A stretch of DNA of 64,000 nucleotides from Candidatus Eiseniibacteriota bacterium (lineage in GTDB: Bacteria > Eisenbacteria > RBG-16-71-46 > JABDJR01). The notes beneath the pieces are model-generated. The model saw nothing but the letters and a program-made list of their open reading frames with translations, ran no database searches and had not been told where the DNA came from. Where the stretch lies: positions 1,824,001 to 1,888,000 of the forward strand of contig CAWANH010000028.1 of NCBI GenBank assembly GCA_963783375.1, read 5' to 3'. A program made the position numbers and the translations under genes. This document shows positions 51,078 to 60,861 of this stretch, in pieces. Each line of letters begins with the position of its first letter. Positions within the stretch are counted from its first letter, which is position 1.

Positions 51078-53315
51078 ATGACGAGTTTGGTCCGGTTGGA
51101 CGCTTCGAATGAATCGCTCCTGAAGACGCTCCCCGGTGACGAGATCCGCCAGATCCTGTGGCGTTTTGCCGACCGGTTCGACCTCCAGATGATGGTCCAG
51201 TCCTCCCGCACCGTGGCCCGCGGACCGGTGGCGCGGCTGGTGGCGGCGGGGGGGCGGAACTCCCACGAGTGGACCCCCGGCAAGGCCGAGCTCCTCACCG
51301 CCTATGACGCCGCCGGCATCACGTCGGTCTTCATCGATCCGGAGTACGGCGGGTTCCTGGAGGGGCCGAAGAACCTGGCCATGGCGCTCACCGCCTTCGA
51401 GCTGGCCTGGGTGGACGGGGGAGCGGCCACCGGCAGCATGGCCGGGCACCTCGCGCTGGCCCCCATTCACGAACGCGGCACTCCCGAGCAGAAGGCCACC
51501 TACATGGGCCGCGCCGTACCCCCCGGTCCCGACGGAGAGGGCCCGTGGCGGGGCGCCTTCTGCCTGACCGAGCCGCTCCCCTTCGTGGGGGTGGACACCG
51601 GGGTGCTCTCGGGCCGGGTCCGGGTGGCGGCGTGGAAGGACGGCGAGGAGCCGCTCCTGACCGTGGAGAAACGCGGGCGGTTCATCACCAACATGGGCTT
51701 TGCCGACTTCGTGACCGCGGCGGTGGACTCGGGGGATCCCCGGATCAAGGGAAGCTGCATGGTCATCCTGGAGAAATCCGACCCCGGCACCTTCGACCGC
51801 GGCGCCCCCACCCGGAAACTCGTCCATCAGCTCTCCTCGACCCGGGACCCCATCCTGAACCTCACCGTCCCGGCAAGCCGCATCATCGGGGGCTACCGGA
51901 TCGAGGACGGGGTGATCGTCCCCAACTTCTCCCACGGGGAGGTCATCGAGTCGGTCTTCCGCCGGACCCGGGTCACCGTGGGGCTCATGACTTCGGCCAA
52001 GCTCCTCTCCGCGGTGGAGCCGGTCATTCGCTACCAGCGGGGCCGTTTCCGGGGCGGGGCGGCCGAGGTTCCCGGCACGCCGCGCCACGATCTGGGCCTC
52101 CAGATGAAGGAGGACGCGCTCAATCGCCTGGTGGACGTCTGGGCGGCGGGAGAGGCCGGGGCCTCCCTCGGCTTCGCCACCGCGCGCTTCTTCGACGACT
52201 TCGATCCCCTGGACCGGGGCCGCGAGGAGATCTTCACCGAGGCCGGACTTCCGGCCGGCCGCGCCCGCATCCGCGCCCTGGCCGCGCGCGAGGCCTCGGT
52301 GGTGGAGTACGTGCGCCTCTCGTCACGCCCCGGCGCGGATCCCGCCGCCTACCGGACGCTTCACGAGGACCGGCTGGTGCGGTTCCTGGCCGCGGACGCG
52401 GTGGCCAACGTCCTCTGCCCCGCGGTGAAGCTCTGGAACACCGGCCAGGGGGCCACCATGATGCGCGAAGCGGTGAGCCTCATGGGGGGCTACGGGATCA
52501 CCGAGGATTGCCCCGGCTTCCTCGGCCAGAAGTGGATGGACGCCCAGCTCGAGGCCACCTACGAGGGACCGGAAGCCGTCCAGCGCCGCCAGCTCTCGGT
52601 CACCATGACCCACCCCGCCTTCCTGGCCTGGTTCGAGGTGTGGATCCGCGAGATGCGGGAGGTGGCCTCCGTCCGGCCCGGGACCGGAGCCTGCGCCCTG
52701 GCCTCGGCCATGGAGCTCTGGCGGTGGACGCTTCGCCACCTGATCGATTCGACCGACGCCGAGGGACGTCCCCTCTATCGCGACCAGCGCCAGGGAGTGA
52801 CCTTTCCCATGGCCGACGCCCTGGCCTGGCTCCTGGCCTCCCGCGCCCAGATCCTCGACGTGATGGAGCTCGCCGGAGGCGGGCCGAACGGCCCGGATTC
52901 GGTGGAGGGGCTGGCCGGCTCCGTCGCGTTCCTCACCGATCTTTGCCACGTTCAGGCCGCCCGGGCGGCGGGGGAGGCGGCGCGGATAGCCACCGAACTC
53001 ATCCACGGCTACAACCGCCATCCGGTCTGGGACGAGACCGCGTGTGATTGCTATCTCGCCGGCGACCTCGACGCCCTGGAATCGGTGATGAGCGGAATCG
53101 CCGCTTGCGCCCGGGGTCTCGCCGACGTGATCGAGGACGACGGAAGCCATCCCGCCAAGGCCGGACCCTGCGTCCGTCCGCGGGGTCTCGAGCCCTTCGA
53201 GCGGCGGCGGGCCAAGCTCGACGGCTGCCTGACCGGGGCCCGGCTGGCCAGGGACCGGGCCGCCCGCGCGCTCACCTCGGTCATGATCCCCGAAGCGCTG
53301 GACTACCCGGCGTGA
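51078..53315 (+). CDS. Large acyl-CoA dehydrogenase family flavoprotein with a Cys-containing C-terminal extension
   Basis: AFCLTEP, RFITN, MGGYGITED, ATYEGPEAVQ. Confidence 0.85.
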   Translation: MTSLVRLDASNESLLKTLPGDEIRQILWRFADRFDLQMMVQSSRTVARGPVARLVAAGGRNSHEWTPGKAELLTAYDAAGITSVFIDPEYGGFLEGPKNLAMALTAFELAWVDGGAATGSMAGHLALAPIHERGTPEQKATYMGRAVPPGPDGEGPWRGAFCLTEPLPFVGVDTGVLSGRVRVAAWKDGEEPLLTVEKRGRFITNMGFADFVTAAVDSGDPRIKGSCMVILEKSDPGTFDRGAPTRKLVHQLSSTRDPILNLTVPASRIIGGYRIEDGVIVPNFSHGEVIESVFRRTRVTVGLMTSAKLLSAVEPVIRYQRGRFRGGAAEVPGTPRHDLGLQMKEDALNRLVDVWAAGEAGASLGFATARFFDDFDPLDRGREEIFTEAGLPAGRARIRALAAREASVVEYVRLSSRPGADPAAYRTLHEDRLVRFLAADAVANVLCPAVKLWNTGQGATMMREAVSLMGGYGITEDCPGFLGQKWMDAQLEATYEGPEAVQRRQLSVTMTHPAFLAWFEVWIREMREVASVRPGTGACALASAMELWRWTLRHLIDSTDAEGRPLYRDQRQGVTFPMADALAWLLASRAQILDVMELAGGGPNGPDSVEGLAGSVAFLTDLCHVQAARAAGEAARIATELIHGYNRHPVWDETACDCYLAGDLDALESVMSGIAACARGLADVIEDDGSHPAKAGPCVRPRGLEPFERRRAKLDGCLTGARLARDRAARALTSVMIPEALDYPA

Positions 53316-53347
53316 GCCCCGATCCGACGGGCGTGGGCGAAGGCGGC

Positions 53348-55195
53348 ATGGATCCCGGGACCCCGGCCTCGCGCCAGGGCATGGACGTGGACGTGGTCTG
53401 CGTGGGCTTCGGCCCCGCCACCGGCGGGTTTCTCACCACCCTGACCCGGGCCATGGCCGATCCCGGGAACGCAAGCGCGCTTCAGAGCCGCGTCATGCCC
53501 GGGATGCCGCTCCAGGTTCTCTGCTACGAGCGGGCCGACGATCTGGGCTTCGGGGTCTCGGGGGTGGTGACCCGGGCGCGCGGGATTCGCGCGTCGTTCC
53601 CCGATCTCGTCCCCGCCGACATTCCCATGGCCCACCCGGTGACCGGGGAGAAGGTCGTCTACCTGATGGATCCGGTGGGAGCGAGCCGTCGATCGCGGAC
53701 GCTCAGGACCGTGGACGCCGCGCTCCGTCCCTTCCGGGGCGCCGACCACGCCCTGGAGCTGCCCGTCATCCCCGAGTTCCTGCGGAAGGACGAGGGGATG
53801 CTGCTCTCCATCGGGCAGTTCAACCAGTGGGTGGCGTCGAACCTCATGGCGTCGGGTCTGGTGCAGCTCTGGCCGGGGATGCCGGTGGCCGAGCCCCTCA
53901 TCGAAGACGAGAAGGTGATCGGGGTGCGACTGGCCGACCAGGGGACCGATCGGCGCGGCCGGCCCGAGGCCGGGTACCTGCCGGGCATGGATATCCGGGC
54001 CGGACTCACCGTGGTGGGGGACGGTCCGGTGGGGCCGGTGGGGCAGAAGCTCGAGGCGCACTTCGGAATGCCCGAGGGGAAGCACCACCGCGACTGGGCG
54101 GTGGGGATGAAGATGGTGCTGGAGCTTCCCCCGGGATCCCCGCTCGCGCCGGGGACGGTGATCCACACCCTGGGCTTTCCCGAGCCGGAGATCTTCGGCT
54201 TCCTCTACGTCTACCCGGGGGGGATGGCGTCGGCGGGGATCTTCGTTCCCTCCTGGCTCCGGAGTCCGGTTCGCACCGCCTACCGCACCCTCCAGCACTG
54301 GATGCGCCACCCGTACCTGTGGCAGCGGCTGGAGGGGGGCGCCATGCGCTCCTGGGGAGCCAAGACGCTGGCCGAATCCGGACGGCGGGGGGAGCCGCGC
54401 CTGGCCGGAGACGGCTACGCCCGGATCGGCGAGGGCTCCGGGAGCACCAACGTGCTCACCGGTTCCGGGGTGGACGAGGCGTGGACCACCGGGGTTCAGC
54501 TCGCCGAGGGGGTGATCGAACTCCTCGCCGCCGGGAAGCCGTTCACCCGGGAGAACCTGGAAGCGACCTACGTGCGCCGGCGGCGGGACAGCTGGGTGGA
54601 GGCGGAGGCCCGGACCGCGGAACGAGCCCGGGACGGGTTTCAGCGCGGAGTGGTCCAGGGACTCATGGGCATGGGGCTCACCGGCGTCACCGGTGGCCGG
54701 CTCGCCATCGGCTCCACGCCGAAGCGTCCTCACGAGCATGTCCCCCGGCTCGAGGAGTACGTCCGGGAGTGGATCCCCGCCGGGAAGCTGGAGCGGATCC
54801 GAGCGGAGAGCGCGGCCTCGGGAACGCCGCTTCGCGATTCGGTGATGGCCGCGGCGGGCTGGCCGGAAGTCCCCCTGGACGGAAAGCTGCTGGTCACCCA
54901 CCAGGATGCGCTCCTCATGGGGGGAAAGGTCCAGGCCGCTCCCGGCTACGCCGACCACGTGACCTTTGCCGACCCCGGCCTGTGCGAGTCCTGCGGGGAG
55001 AAGCTCTGCATCGAGATGTGCTCGGGCCAGGCGCTCACTCCCGGGGAGCATGGGGTGCCCCGCTTCGACCGCGAGAAGTGCGTCCACTGCGGCGCGTGCC
55101 TCTGGAACTGCTCGAAGCCCCGGCCCGGGGACCCCGAACGGGGGAACATCGAGTTCGGGGCGGGCGCCGGCGGCCTGCACTCCGCCGAGAACTGA
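53348..55195 (+). CDS. ETF:quinone oxidoreductase-like (FixC-FixX fusion)
   Basis: DVVCVGFGPA FAD motif, GDGPVG, WGAKTLAESG, C-terminal CESC..C..C and CVHCGAC..C ferredoxin motifs. Confidence 0.85.
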   Translation: MDPGTPASRQGMDVDVVCVGFGPATGGFLTTLTRAMADPGNASALQSRVMPGMPLQVLCYERADDLGFGVSGVVTRARGIRASFPDLVPADIPMAHPVTGEKVVYLMDPVGASRRSRTLRTVDAALRPFRGADHALELPVIPEFLRKDEGMLLSIGQFNQWVASNLMASGLVQLWPGMPVAEPLIEDEKVIGVRLADQGTDRRGRPEAGYLPGMDIRAGLTVVGDGPVGPVGQKLEAHFGMPEGKHHRDWAVGMKMVLELPPGSPLAPGTVIHTLGFPEPEIFGFLYVYPGGMASAGIFVPSWLRSPVRTAYRTLQHWMRHPYLWQRLEGGAMRSWGAKTLAESGRRGEPRLAGDGYARIGEGSGSTNVLTGSGVDEAWTTGVQLAEGVIELLAAGKPFTRENLEATYVRRRRDSWVEAEARTAERARDGFQRGVVQGLMGMGLTGVTGGRLAIGSTPKRPHEHVPRLEEYVREWIPAGKLERIRAESAASGTPLRDSVMAAAGWPEVPLDGKLLVTHQDALLMGGKVQAAPGYADHVTFADPGLCESCGEKLCIEMCSGQALTPGEHGVPRFDREKCVHCGACLWNCSKPRPGDPERGNIEFGAGAGGLHSAEN

Positions 55196-55262
55196 ACCGG
55201 AGCGGAAGCCGGGCCGATCGCGCCCCGCGCCGTCCGACACCGTCGAGGGAGACCCAAGACCC

Positions 55263-56072
55263 ATGAACGAACCCTTTCACATCGTGGTGTGCGGGAGCCT
55301 GGTGCCCGACCCGCTCCAGACCCTGGAGCCGGTCATGGGGCCCCAGGGGCCCGGCCTGAAGAACGAGATGATGCTCCCCTCGGTGCTCGACCCCTGGGCC
55401 GGTCACGCCCTCTACGAGGCCGCGCACCTGGCCGCCAAGCACCCCGGAAGCCGGGTGTGGCTGGTGAGTCTCGGCCCCAGGGCCAAGCTCCAGCAGCTCA
55501 TGATGAGCGTGGCCCAGAAGGTCCCCTTCGAGCTGGTGGCCCTGGACGGACCCGCCGGGGGATTCACCGACGCCCACCAGACCGCCGCCGCCCTGGCCGG
55601 GGCCATCGGCGACATCGCGGGGCTCGACCGCGAGCGAATGCTCCTCTTCGGAGGCTGCGCCTCCGCGTCCCGCGACGCCGGGGTCACCCTGTCGATGGTG
55701 GGGGAGCGGTTGGGGATCACCGACCAGTTCCTGGCCGTGGACGAGCTCACGGTGGAGCCCGCGGGTTCGCTTCGGGTGAAGGAGCGGATCGAGGGGGGGC
55801 GCTACCTGGCCTCGGAGTGCGCGGGACCGCCCGCGGTGCTGGCCTGGGCCACCGGGTCGCTCCCCGAGCCGGCCAACAATCCCCAGGTCGGGATGCAGAA
55901 CATGCGCCTCCTCATGCCCGCGCTCCAGAAGGCGACGCCGGTGGCGCCGGCGCCGGGCGGGGCGACGTTCCTGGAGGTGGAGCTTCCCCGGGGGAAGCGG
56001 GAGACGCGGGTGGTGAGCGACCTTCCGGTCGAGGAGATCGCCCGGGAAATCGTGGACTGGATCCAGAGCTGA
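55263..56072 (+). CDS. etfB: Electron transfer flavoprotein beta subunit (divergent)
   Basis: HIVVCGSLVPD, LDPW..HALYEA, SLGP, FGG.AS...DAG; located between ETF-QO and etfA. Confidence 0.8.
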   Translation: MNEPFHIVVCGSLVPDPLQTLEPVMGPQGPGLKNEMMLPSVLDPWAGHALYEAAHLAAKHPGSRVWLVSLGPRAKLQQLMMSVAQKVPFELVALDGPAGGFTDAHQTAAALAGAIGDIAGLDRERMLLFGGCASASRDAGVTLSMVGERLGITDQFLAVDELTVEPAGSLRVKERIEGGRYLASECAGPPAVLAWATGSLPEPANNPQVGMQNMRLLMPALQKATPVAPAPGGATFLEVELPRGKRETRVVSDLPVEEIAREIVDWIQS

Positions 56073-56082
56073 GGAGAACGCG

Positions 56083-57120
56083 ATGTCGAACGAGAAGATC
56101 CTGATCCTGGTCCACACCGATTCCGACGGGACCCTGCCGCGAATCGCGCGGGAAGCGGTCGGCGGGGGGCGGGAGCTGGCGGGCGCCCTGGGGGCCGGCT
56201 TCGTTCTGGGGGTGATCGGGGCGCGGGTCCGCGAAGCGGCGGACGAGTTGGCGGGGGCGGGCGCCGCGGAGATCCTGGCGGTCACCGGGCCCGATTTCGA
56301 GGCCTCGAGGTATGCGAGCGACGCGGCCGCGGTCGAGGCGCTGGCCCGGGAGGCGGAGGCGACGATCGTCCTCGCCCCGGCCACCGCGCGGTTCTCCCGG
56401 GCGCTTCCCGGAGCGGCGGAGCGGCTCGGCGGGCGGATCGACACCCGGGTGGCGGCGATCGCCGCGGTCGAGGGCCAGGTGCGAATCCAGCGCTGGTTCT
56501 ACCGGCAGCGGATGCTCGGCACGCTGACCCGTTCCGAGCGGCCCTGGTTGCTGGCGGTGGACGGAGGCGGATTCGCGCCCTTCGAGGGCGAGCCGGGCCG
56601 GGCCGCGCTCCGCGAGATCCCGGTGGCGCTCCCGGAAGGCGCGCGGCGCACCGCGGTGACCGGAGAGGTGGCCGCGGGTTCCGGGGCCTCCACCATCCGC
56701 CCCGACGCCCCGCTCCTCTTCGTGGCCGGCGCGGGATGGATGAAGCGGCAGGCCGACGGAGCCGCCCACGTCAAGGACGCCGAGGGGCTGATCCGGAGCT
56801 TCCTGGACCGGAGCCAGGCGTCCTTGGGGAGCAGCAAGTCCCTGGTGGACCAGACCGGCGACGGGGGGGAGGTCATCTCCTTCATGAGCCACCTGAACCA
56901 GGTGGGGCAGACCGGTTCGAGTCCGCGCCATCCCAAGGGTCTCGCCACCTGCTGCCACGGCGAGGAGCCGCACGTCGTCGGCTGGCGGTTCGTGCGGGAG
57001 CGCCGGGCGGTGAACCTCGACCCGGGCTGCGGTTGGGCGCGGGGAAAGGCCGACGTGGTCTACGTGGCCGACGCCTTCCAGGTCATGGCGAAGGTGAACG
57101 AGCTCCTCGCCGAAAGCTGA
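56083..57120 (+). CDS. etfA: Electron transfer flavoprotein alpha subunit (divergent)
   Basis: QVGQTG, VAGAG, LGSSKSLVD, AVNLDP, ADVVYVADA. Confidence 0.85.
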   Translation: MSNEKILILVHTDSDGTLPRIAREAVGGGRELAGALGAGFVLGVIGARVREAADELAGAGAAEILAVTGPDFEASRYASDAAAVEALAREAEATIVLAPATARFSRALPGAAERLGGRIDTRVAAIAAVEGQVRIQRWFYRQRMLGTLTRSERPWLLAVDGGGFAPFEGEPGRAALREIPVALPEGARRTAVTGEVAAGSGASTIRPDAPLLFVAGAGWMKRQADGAAHVKDAEGLIRSFLDRSQASLGSSKSLVDQTGDGGEVISFMSHLNQVGQTGSSPRHPKGLATCCHGEEPHVVGWRFVRERRAVNLDPGCGWARGKADVVYVADAFQVMAKVNELLAES

Positions 57121-57191
57121 CCGCCTCGCTCACGAAGCGGCTGGAGAAGCTACCGGCCCGGTGCGCGCCCGCGGAGGCTCCGGCGCGGGAG

Positions 57192-57656
57192 CTACCACCG
57201 ATGGTAGGCGGGATGGCCGGGCTTCACCGCCACGAACACTCCGCGGCAGGTGTCGCACACCTTGCCGCCGGCCTCCAGCGACGCCTCCACCACCGCGCGA
57301 TCCCCCGAGGACTCGACCACCCGGGCCCTGAGGGTCAGCGGTCCGTCCGAGGGCGTGGGGCGGAGCAGCTTCACCGCGAACTCCGCGGTCACCGTGCAGG
57401 GAGGGGCGTCGTCCCCTGCCTTCTCCATCAGATGGATGGCCGCGCACCAGTTGGAGTGGCAGTCGAGCAGCGTCCCGATGATCCCGCCGCTCACCACGTT
57501 CTCGAAGGCCTCGTGGTGCTTCTCCGCCCGGAAGATCGCGGTGAGCGCATCCCCGTCCCGGAAGCTCCGGATGCGAAGTCCCTTGGGATTGGCGGGGCCG
57601 CAGCCGAAACAGGCGTTCTGGGGGGCGTAGCGTTCCTGGACGCTCTGCTCAGTCAT
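57192..57656 (-). CDS. PaaI family hotdog-fold thioesterase
   Basis: CFGCGPANPKGL, SGGIIGTLLD, VTA..VKLLRPTP. Confidence 0.88.
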   Translation of the reverse strand: MTEQSVQERYAPQNACFGCGPANPKGLRIRSFRDGDALTAIFRAEKHHEAFENVVSGGIIGTLLDCHSNWCAAIHLMEKAGDDAPPCTVTAEFAVKLLRPTPSDGPLTLRARVVESSGDRAVVEASLEAGGKVCDTCRGVFVAVKPGHPAYHRW

Positions 57657-57879
57657 GGTGGAACTCCTCTCGGGCCGTCAAGGGTATCGGTCCATGGGGA
57701 AGAGTGTACCAGCGGCGGCGAAACGGCCTCCACCGCCGAGTCCGCCGGCCCGGTTTCGCCGCCGGTACGGGCCCTCGCGGCACGGTATGAACTTCACTTC
57801 CAGAAGTCCGACCTGTTCGTGAACCGGGACCGCACCGGCCGCGTGAGTTCCCTCCCGCCTTGAGGTAGGATGTCGAGCC

Positions 57880-60825
57880 ATGCGCAGGGGGATCCTCATC
57901 GCCGCACTTCTCTCCTTCGTCCTTGCACCGAGTCCGGCCCCGGCCGCGGACCTGCACGTCATCCTCCCCCGGAGTCCCGACGACTGGAAGGTCGTGAGCA
58001 ATCAGGGGGACGTGAACTACCGGATCCGCATGGAGACCGTGAGGGGCTACCCGGATTCGGTATGGGCTTTCGAGACGGAGACCGACCCCCAGTGGGGTCA
58101 CGAGATCAGTTTCCGCTACGATTTCGCGGAACACGGGATCCCGGTCCAGGCGATTGCCGACGCCGAGTTCTGGCGATGGTACTGGTACGTCCGGAACCGG
58201 GCCACGGCCGACTTCGTCAGCATCACGCTATACGATCACGAGGGACACGGGGTGTCTCTCGCCACAACGCCTGCCCAGTACGATTACCGTGCGCTGACCC
58301 TGGTCTTTCCCGATCGCTACCGGGAAGCCCACATGACCCTCCGGGAGACCTACGAATTCAGGCTCCGCACCCACGCCCTCTTTGACTCGCTCCTCGACGT
58401 GGCCGGAATCGATCTCGGGCTCCACGAGCCGGTCGACCAGACGGTGCTCCTGGGTCCGATCTCCTTTGGGCCCGCCCCGGCCGGGCCGATTCCCCCCTCT
58501 CCCCGCGCGCTCCTGCACCGCACCGAGGAGAGCAAGTTCCTGTGCGCCGATCTGGACCGGGACGGCGTGGTCGAGGTCCTGACCCCGTGGACGGCGGGAG
58601 GGAAGCTCTGGCGCTACGACGCGGGGAGCCGCCGGTTCCGCCAGGAGGAGCGAGAGGATCCGTTGAACCGGCCGGAGCCCTTTCACCTGATGGCGGCGGG
58701 GGACCTGGACGGCGACGGGGATCTGGATCTGGTGACGGTGGATCCCGACGACGTCACCCTGCGCGTGCTCCATCGCCGCCGCTTCGGATGGTCCCAGGAT
58801 ACCTTGCACGTGCCGCTCCCCGAGCCGGCGGCGATCCTGACCTGCATGGCCCTGGCCGACGACGACGGGGACGGGCGGCTGGACCTCTTCCTCGGCTATC
58901 ACCTCATCGGTTCCACGGTCACGGGGCGGGTGTTCCGTCTCGGCGGCGGCAAGGGGGGAGGGTTCGGACGGCCCCGGGACATCCCCGCCACGGCCGGCGC
59001 CACCGGCTGGGGGGTCTACGAGATCGAGCTGGCCGACATGGACGGAGACGGCGCCCTGGACCTGATCGGCGGGTCCGGCGGGAAAGGAGCCTACGTCTAC
59101 CCCGGCGACGGATCGGGCGGGTACGGGGAAGGGCACCTCCTGGACCGGCTCTACGGTTCGGGCTTCCTCCGCGGGTTTCATCTGGCCGACGTGAACGGGG
59201 ACGGCCTCCTCGACGTCTTCGTCGGCCTGTACAACAACTCGGGGCGGGCCGGGGAGACCGGCGAGAACCGGCTCTGGCTGAACGAGGGGGGATTCCGGTT
59301 CCGGAACGTCGCAGGCGAGGCGGGGGTGACCGGTATCCGCTGGACCGATGACGCCGCCTTCGCCGATATCGACGGCCACCCCGGACCGGAGCTGGTGGTG
59401 CTGGATGACGAGGAGATCACCGCCTACGACCTCACGCCCCTGGCCGGGTACGACGCATCGGGGGACGAGCCGGCCCCCAGGGTGCGGCACCGGGTTCTCT
59501 ACGACAACTCCGAGGTCACGGCCTCGTCCCGGTACATCGCCTGCCAGGATCTCGACGGAGACGGCCGGGTGGAGCTCATCCTGTCCCGGGACAACGGCCC
59601 TCTGGTGGTGCCGCTCCCGGACTCCGGTCCGGTGCGGAGCGTGGAGGTGGCCGGACTGGGACCGGGGGGAAACGGTTTCGGGGACGTGATCCGGGGGGAC
59701 GGGGCCCGCCCGTGGGCCCTCCCCGTCCTCTCCACCCAGCGGCTGGGACCGGTTCCGTTCCTGGTGGCGGCGGACGAGCCGGTGTCGCTGAGCCCGGGGC
59801 CGGCGCGGAGGTCTCCCGCGCGCCTGCTCCGGGCCGGATCCCGAGAGGTGCTGCGCCCCGCCGGCCGGACCGGTTGGCGCGCCCGGTTGCGCTGGCAGAC
59901 GCCCACGCTGTGGGAGTACCCGGTTCTGGCCTCCCGGCGCCCGGGGGTCCGGGCGGCGTTCGCCGTCATCCTGATCGGGGCTCTGGGAGTCCTGGCCGTG
60001 CACCTCCGGCGTCGGCTGGGGCCGAGCAGGGAGGAGCGTTGGCGGGTTCTCCTCGCCCGGGTCGGGTTCTCGAGCCACGCGGCCTGGCGCACCGGGCTCA
60101 ACCACTTCGTGCGGGCCGCGAACCAGATCCAGGAGGAGAACGACGGAGACGGTCCCCTCCCGGAGGACCAGCAGGCCCGTTTGCGGGAGCTGCTTCCCCC
60201 CGAGTTGCTCCGGACCCTCGGGGAGGCGGTGGAGACCGCCGCCTCCCTCGATGTGGAGGGGGCGCGCTCGGCCGGGCGGGCGCTCGACGAGCTGGATCGG
60301 ATCCATCGCGGCCCCGTCTCCGCCCCCGACCGGCTGGCGGAGGCCGGGCGCACGCTCGTCTCCTCCTTCGGCCTCATGCAGCGGACCCTGGCCGGACGGT
60401 TCTCCTGCGAACCGCAGCCGGTGCTCGATCGGGTGCGGCGTTTCCGTTTCCAGGATGGCGAGGCCCCGCGCATCGAGTGGGGAGGAGGCCCCCCGGACCT
60501 CATCCGCCGCTTTCCGATCGGAGCCGAGGACCTGTTCGCCTGCCTGGACGAGCTGATCCGGAACGCCGGCAAGAAGGTCCCGGTTCCCACCCGAATCGGG
60601 GTGACGGTCCGCGCCCGGGGAGACAAGGTGGCGGTTCTGGAGGTGCACGACGACGGCGGGAGCCTGGAGTCGGAGCGTCGCCGCAGCGACCGGCAGGGGA
60701 CCCGGACCGGCGTCCAGCGGATCGACGATCTTCTCCGCCCCTACGGCGGACGTCTGGAACTCGAGGACGCCGAGGGGGGAGGAGTCCTGGCCCGGGTCCT
60801 CGTGCCGCGGTTCGACCTGGATTGA
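57880..60825 (+). CDS. Membrane-anchored FG-GAP/VCBS-repeat sensor with degenerate histidine-kinase domain
   Basis: Signal peptide; multiple D.DGDG..D repeats; TM AAFAVILIGALGVLAV; SHAAWRTGL, ELIRNA, VHDDG, GTRTG...GGRLEL. Confidence 0.75.
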   Translation: MRRGILIAALLSFVLAPSPAPAADLHVILPRSPDDWKVVSNQGDVNYRIRMETVRGYPDSVWAFETETDPQWGHEISFRYDFAEHGIPVQAIADAEFWRWYWYVRNRATADFVSITLYDHEGHGVSLATTPAQYDYRALTLVFPDRYREAHMTLRETYEFRLRTHALFDSLLDVAGIDLGLHEPVDQTVLLGPISFGPAPAGPIPPSPRALLHRTEESKFLCADLDRDGVVEVLTPWTAGGKLWRYDAGSRRFRQEEREDPLNRPEPFHLMAAGDLDGDGDLDLVTVDPDDVTLRVLHRRRFGWSQDTLHVPLPEPAAILTCMALADDDGDGRLDLFLGYHLIGSTVTGRVFRLGGGKGGGFGRPRDIPATAGATGWGVYEIELADMDGDGALDLIGGSGGKGAYVYPGDGSGGYGEGHLLDRLYGSGFLRGFHLADVNGDGLLDVFVGLYNNSGRAGETGENRLWLNEGGFRFRNVAGEAGVTGIRWTDDAAFADIDGHPGPELVVLDDEEITAYDLTPLAGYDASGDEPAPRVRHRVLYDNSEVTASSRYIACQDLDGDGRVELILSRDNGPLVVPLPDSGPVRSVEVAGLGPGGNGFGDVIRGDGARPWALPVLSTQRLGPVPFLVAADEPVSLSPGPARRSPARLLRAGSREVLRPAGRTGWRARLRWQTPTLWEYPVLASRRPGVRAAFAVILIGALGVLAVHLRRRLGPSREERWRVLLARVGFSSHAAWRTGLNHFVRAANQIQEENDGDGPLPEDQQARLRELLPPELLRTLGEAVETAASLDVEGARSAGRALDELDRIHRGPVSAPDRLAEAGRTLVSSFGLMQRTLAGRFSCEPQPVLDRVRRFRFQDGEAPRIEWGGGPPDLIRRFPIGAEDLFACLDELIRNAGKKVPVPTRIGVTVRARGDKVAVLEVHDDGGSLESERRRSDRQGTRTGVQRIDDLLRPYGGRLELEDAEGGGVLARVLVPRFDLD

Positions 60826-60861
60826 GCCGGGGCGGGCGGTAGCACACGCCCGCCGGAAGGC

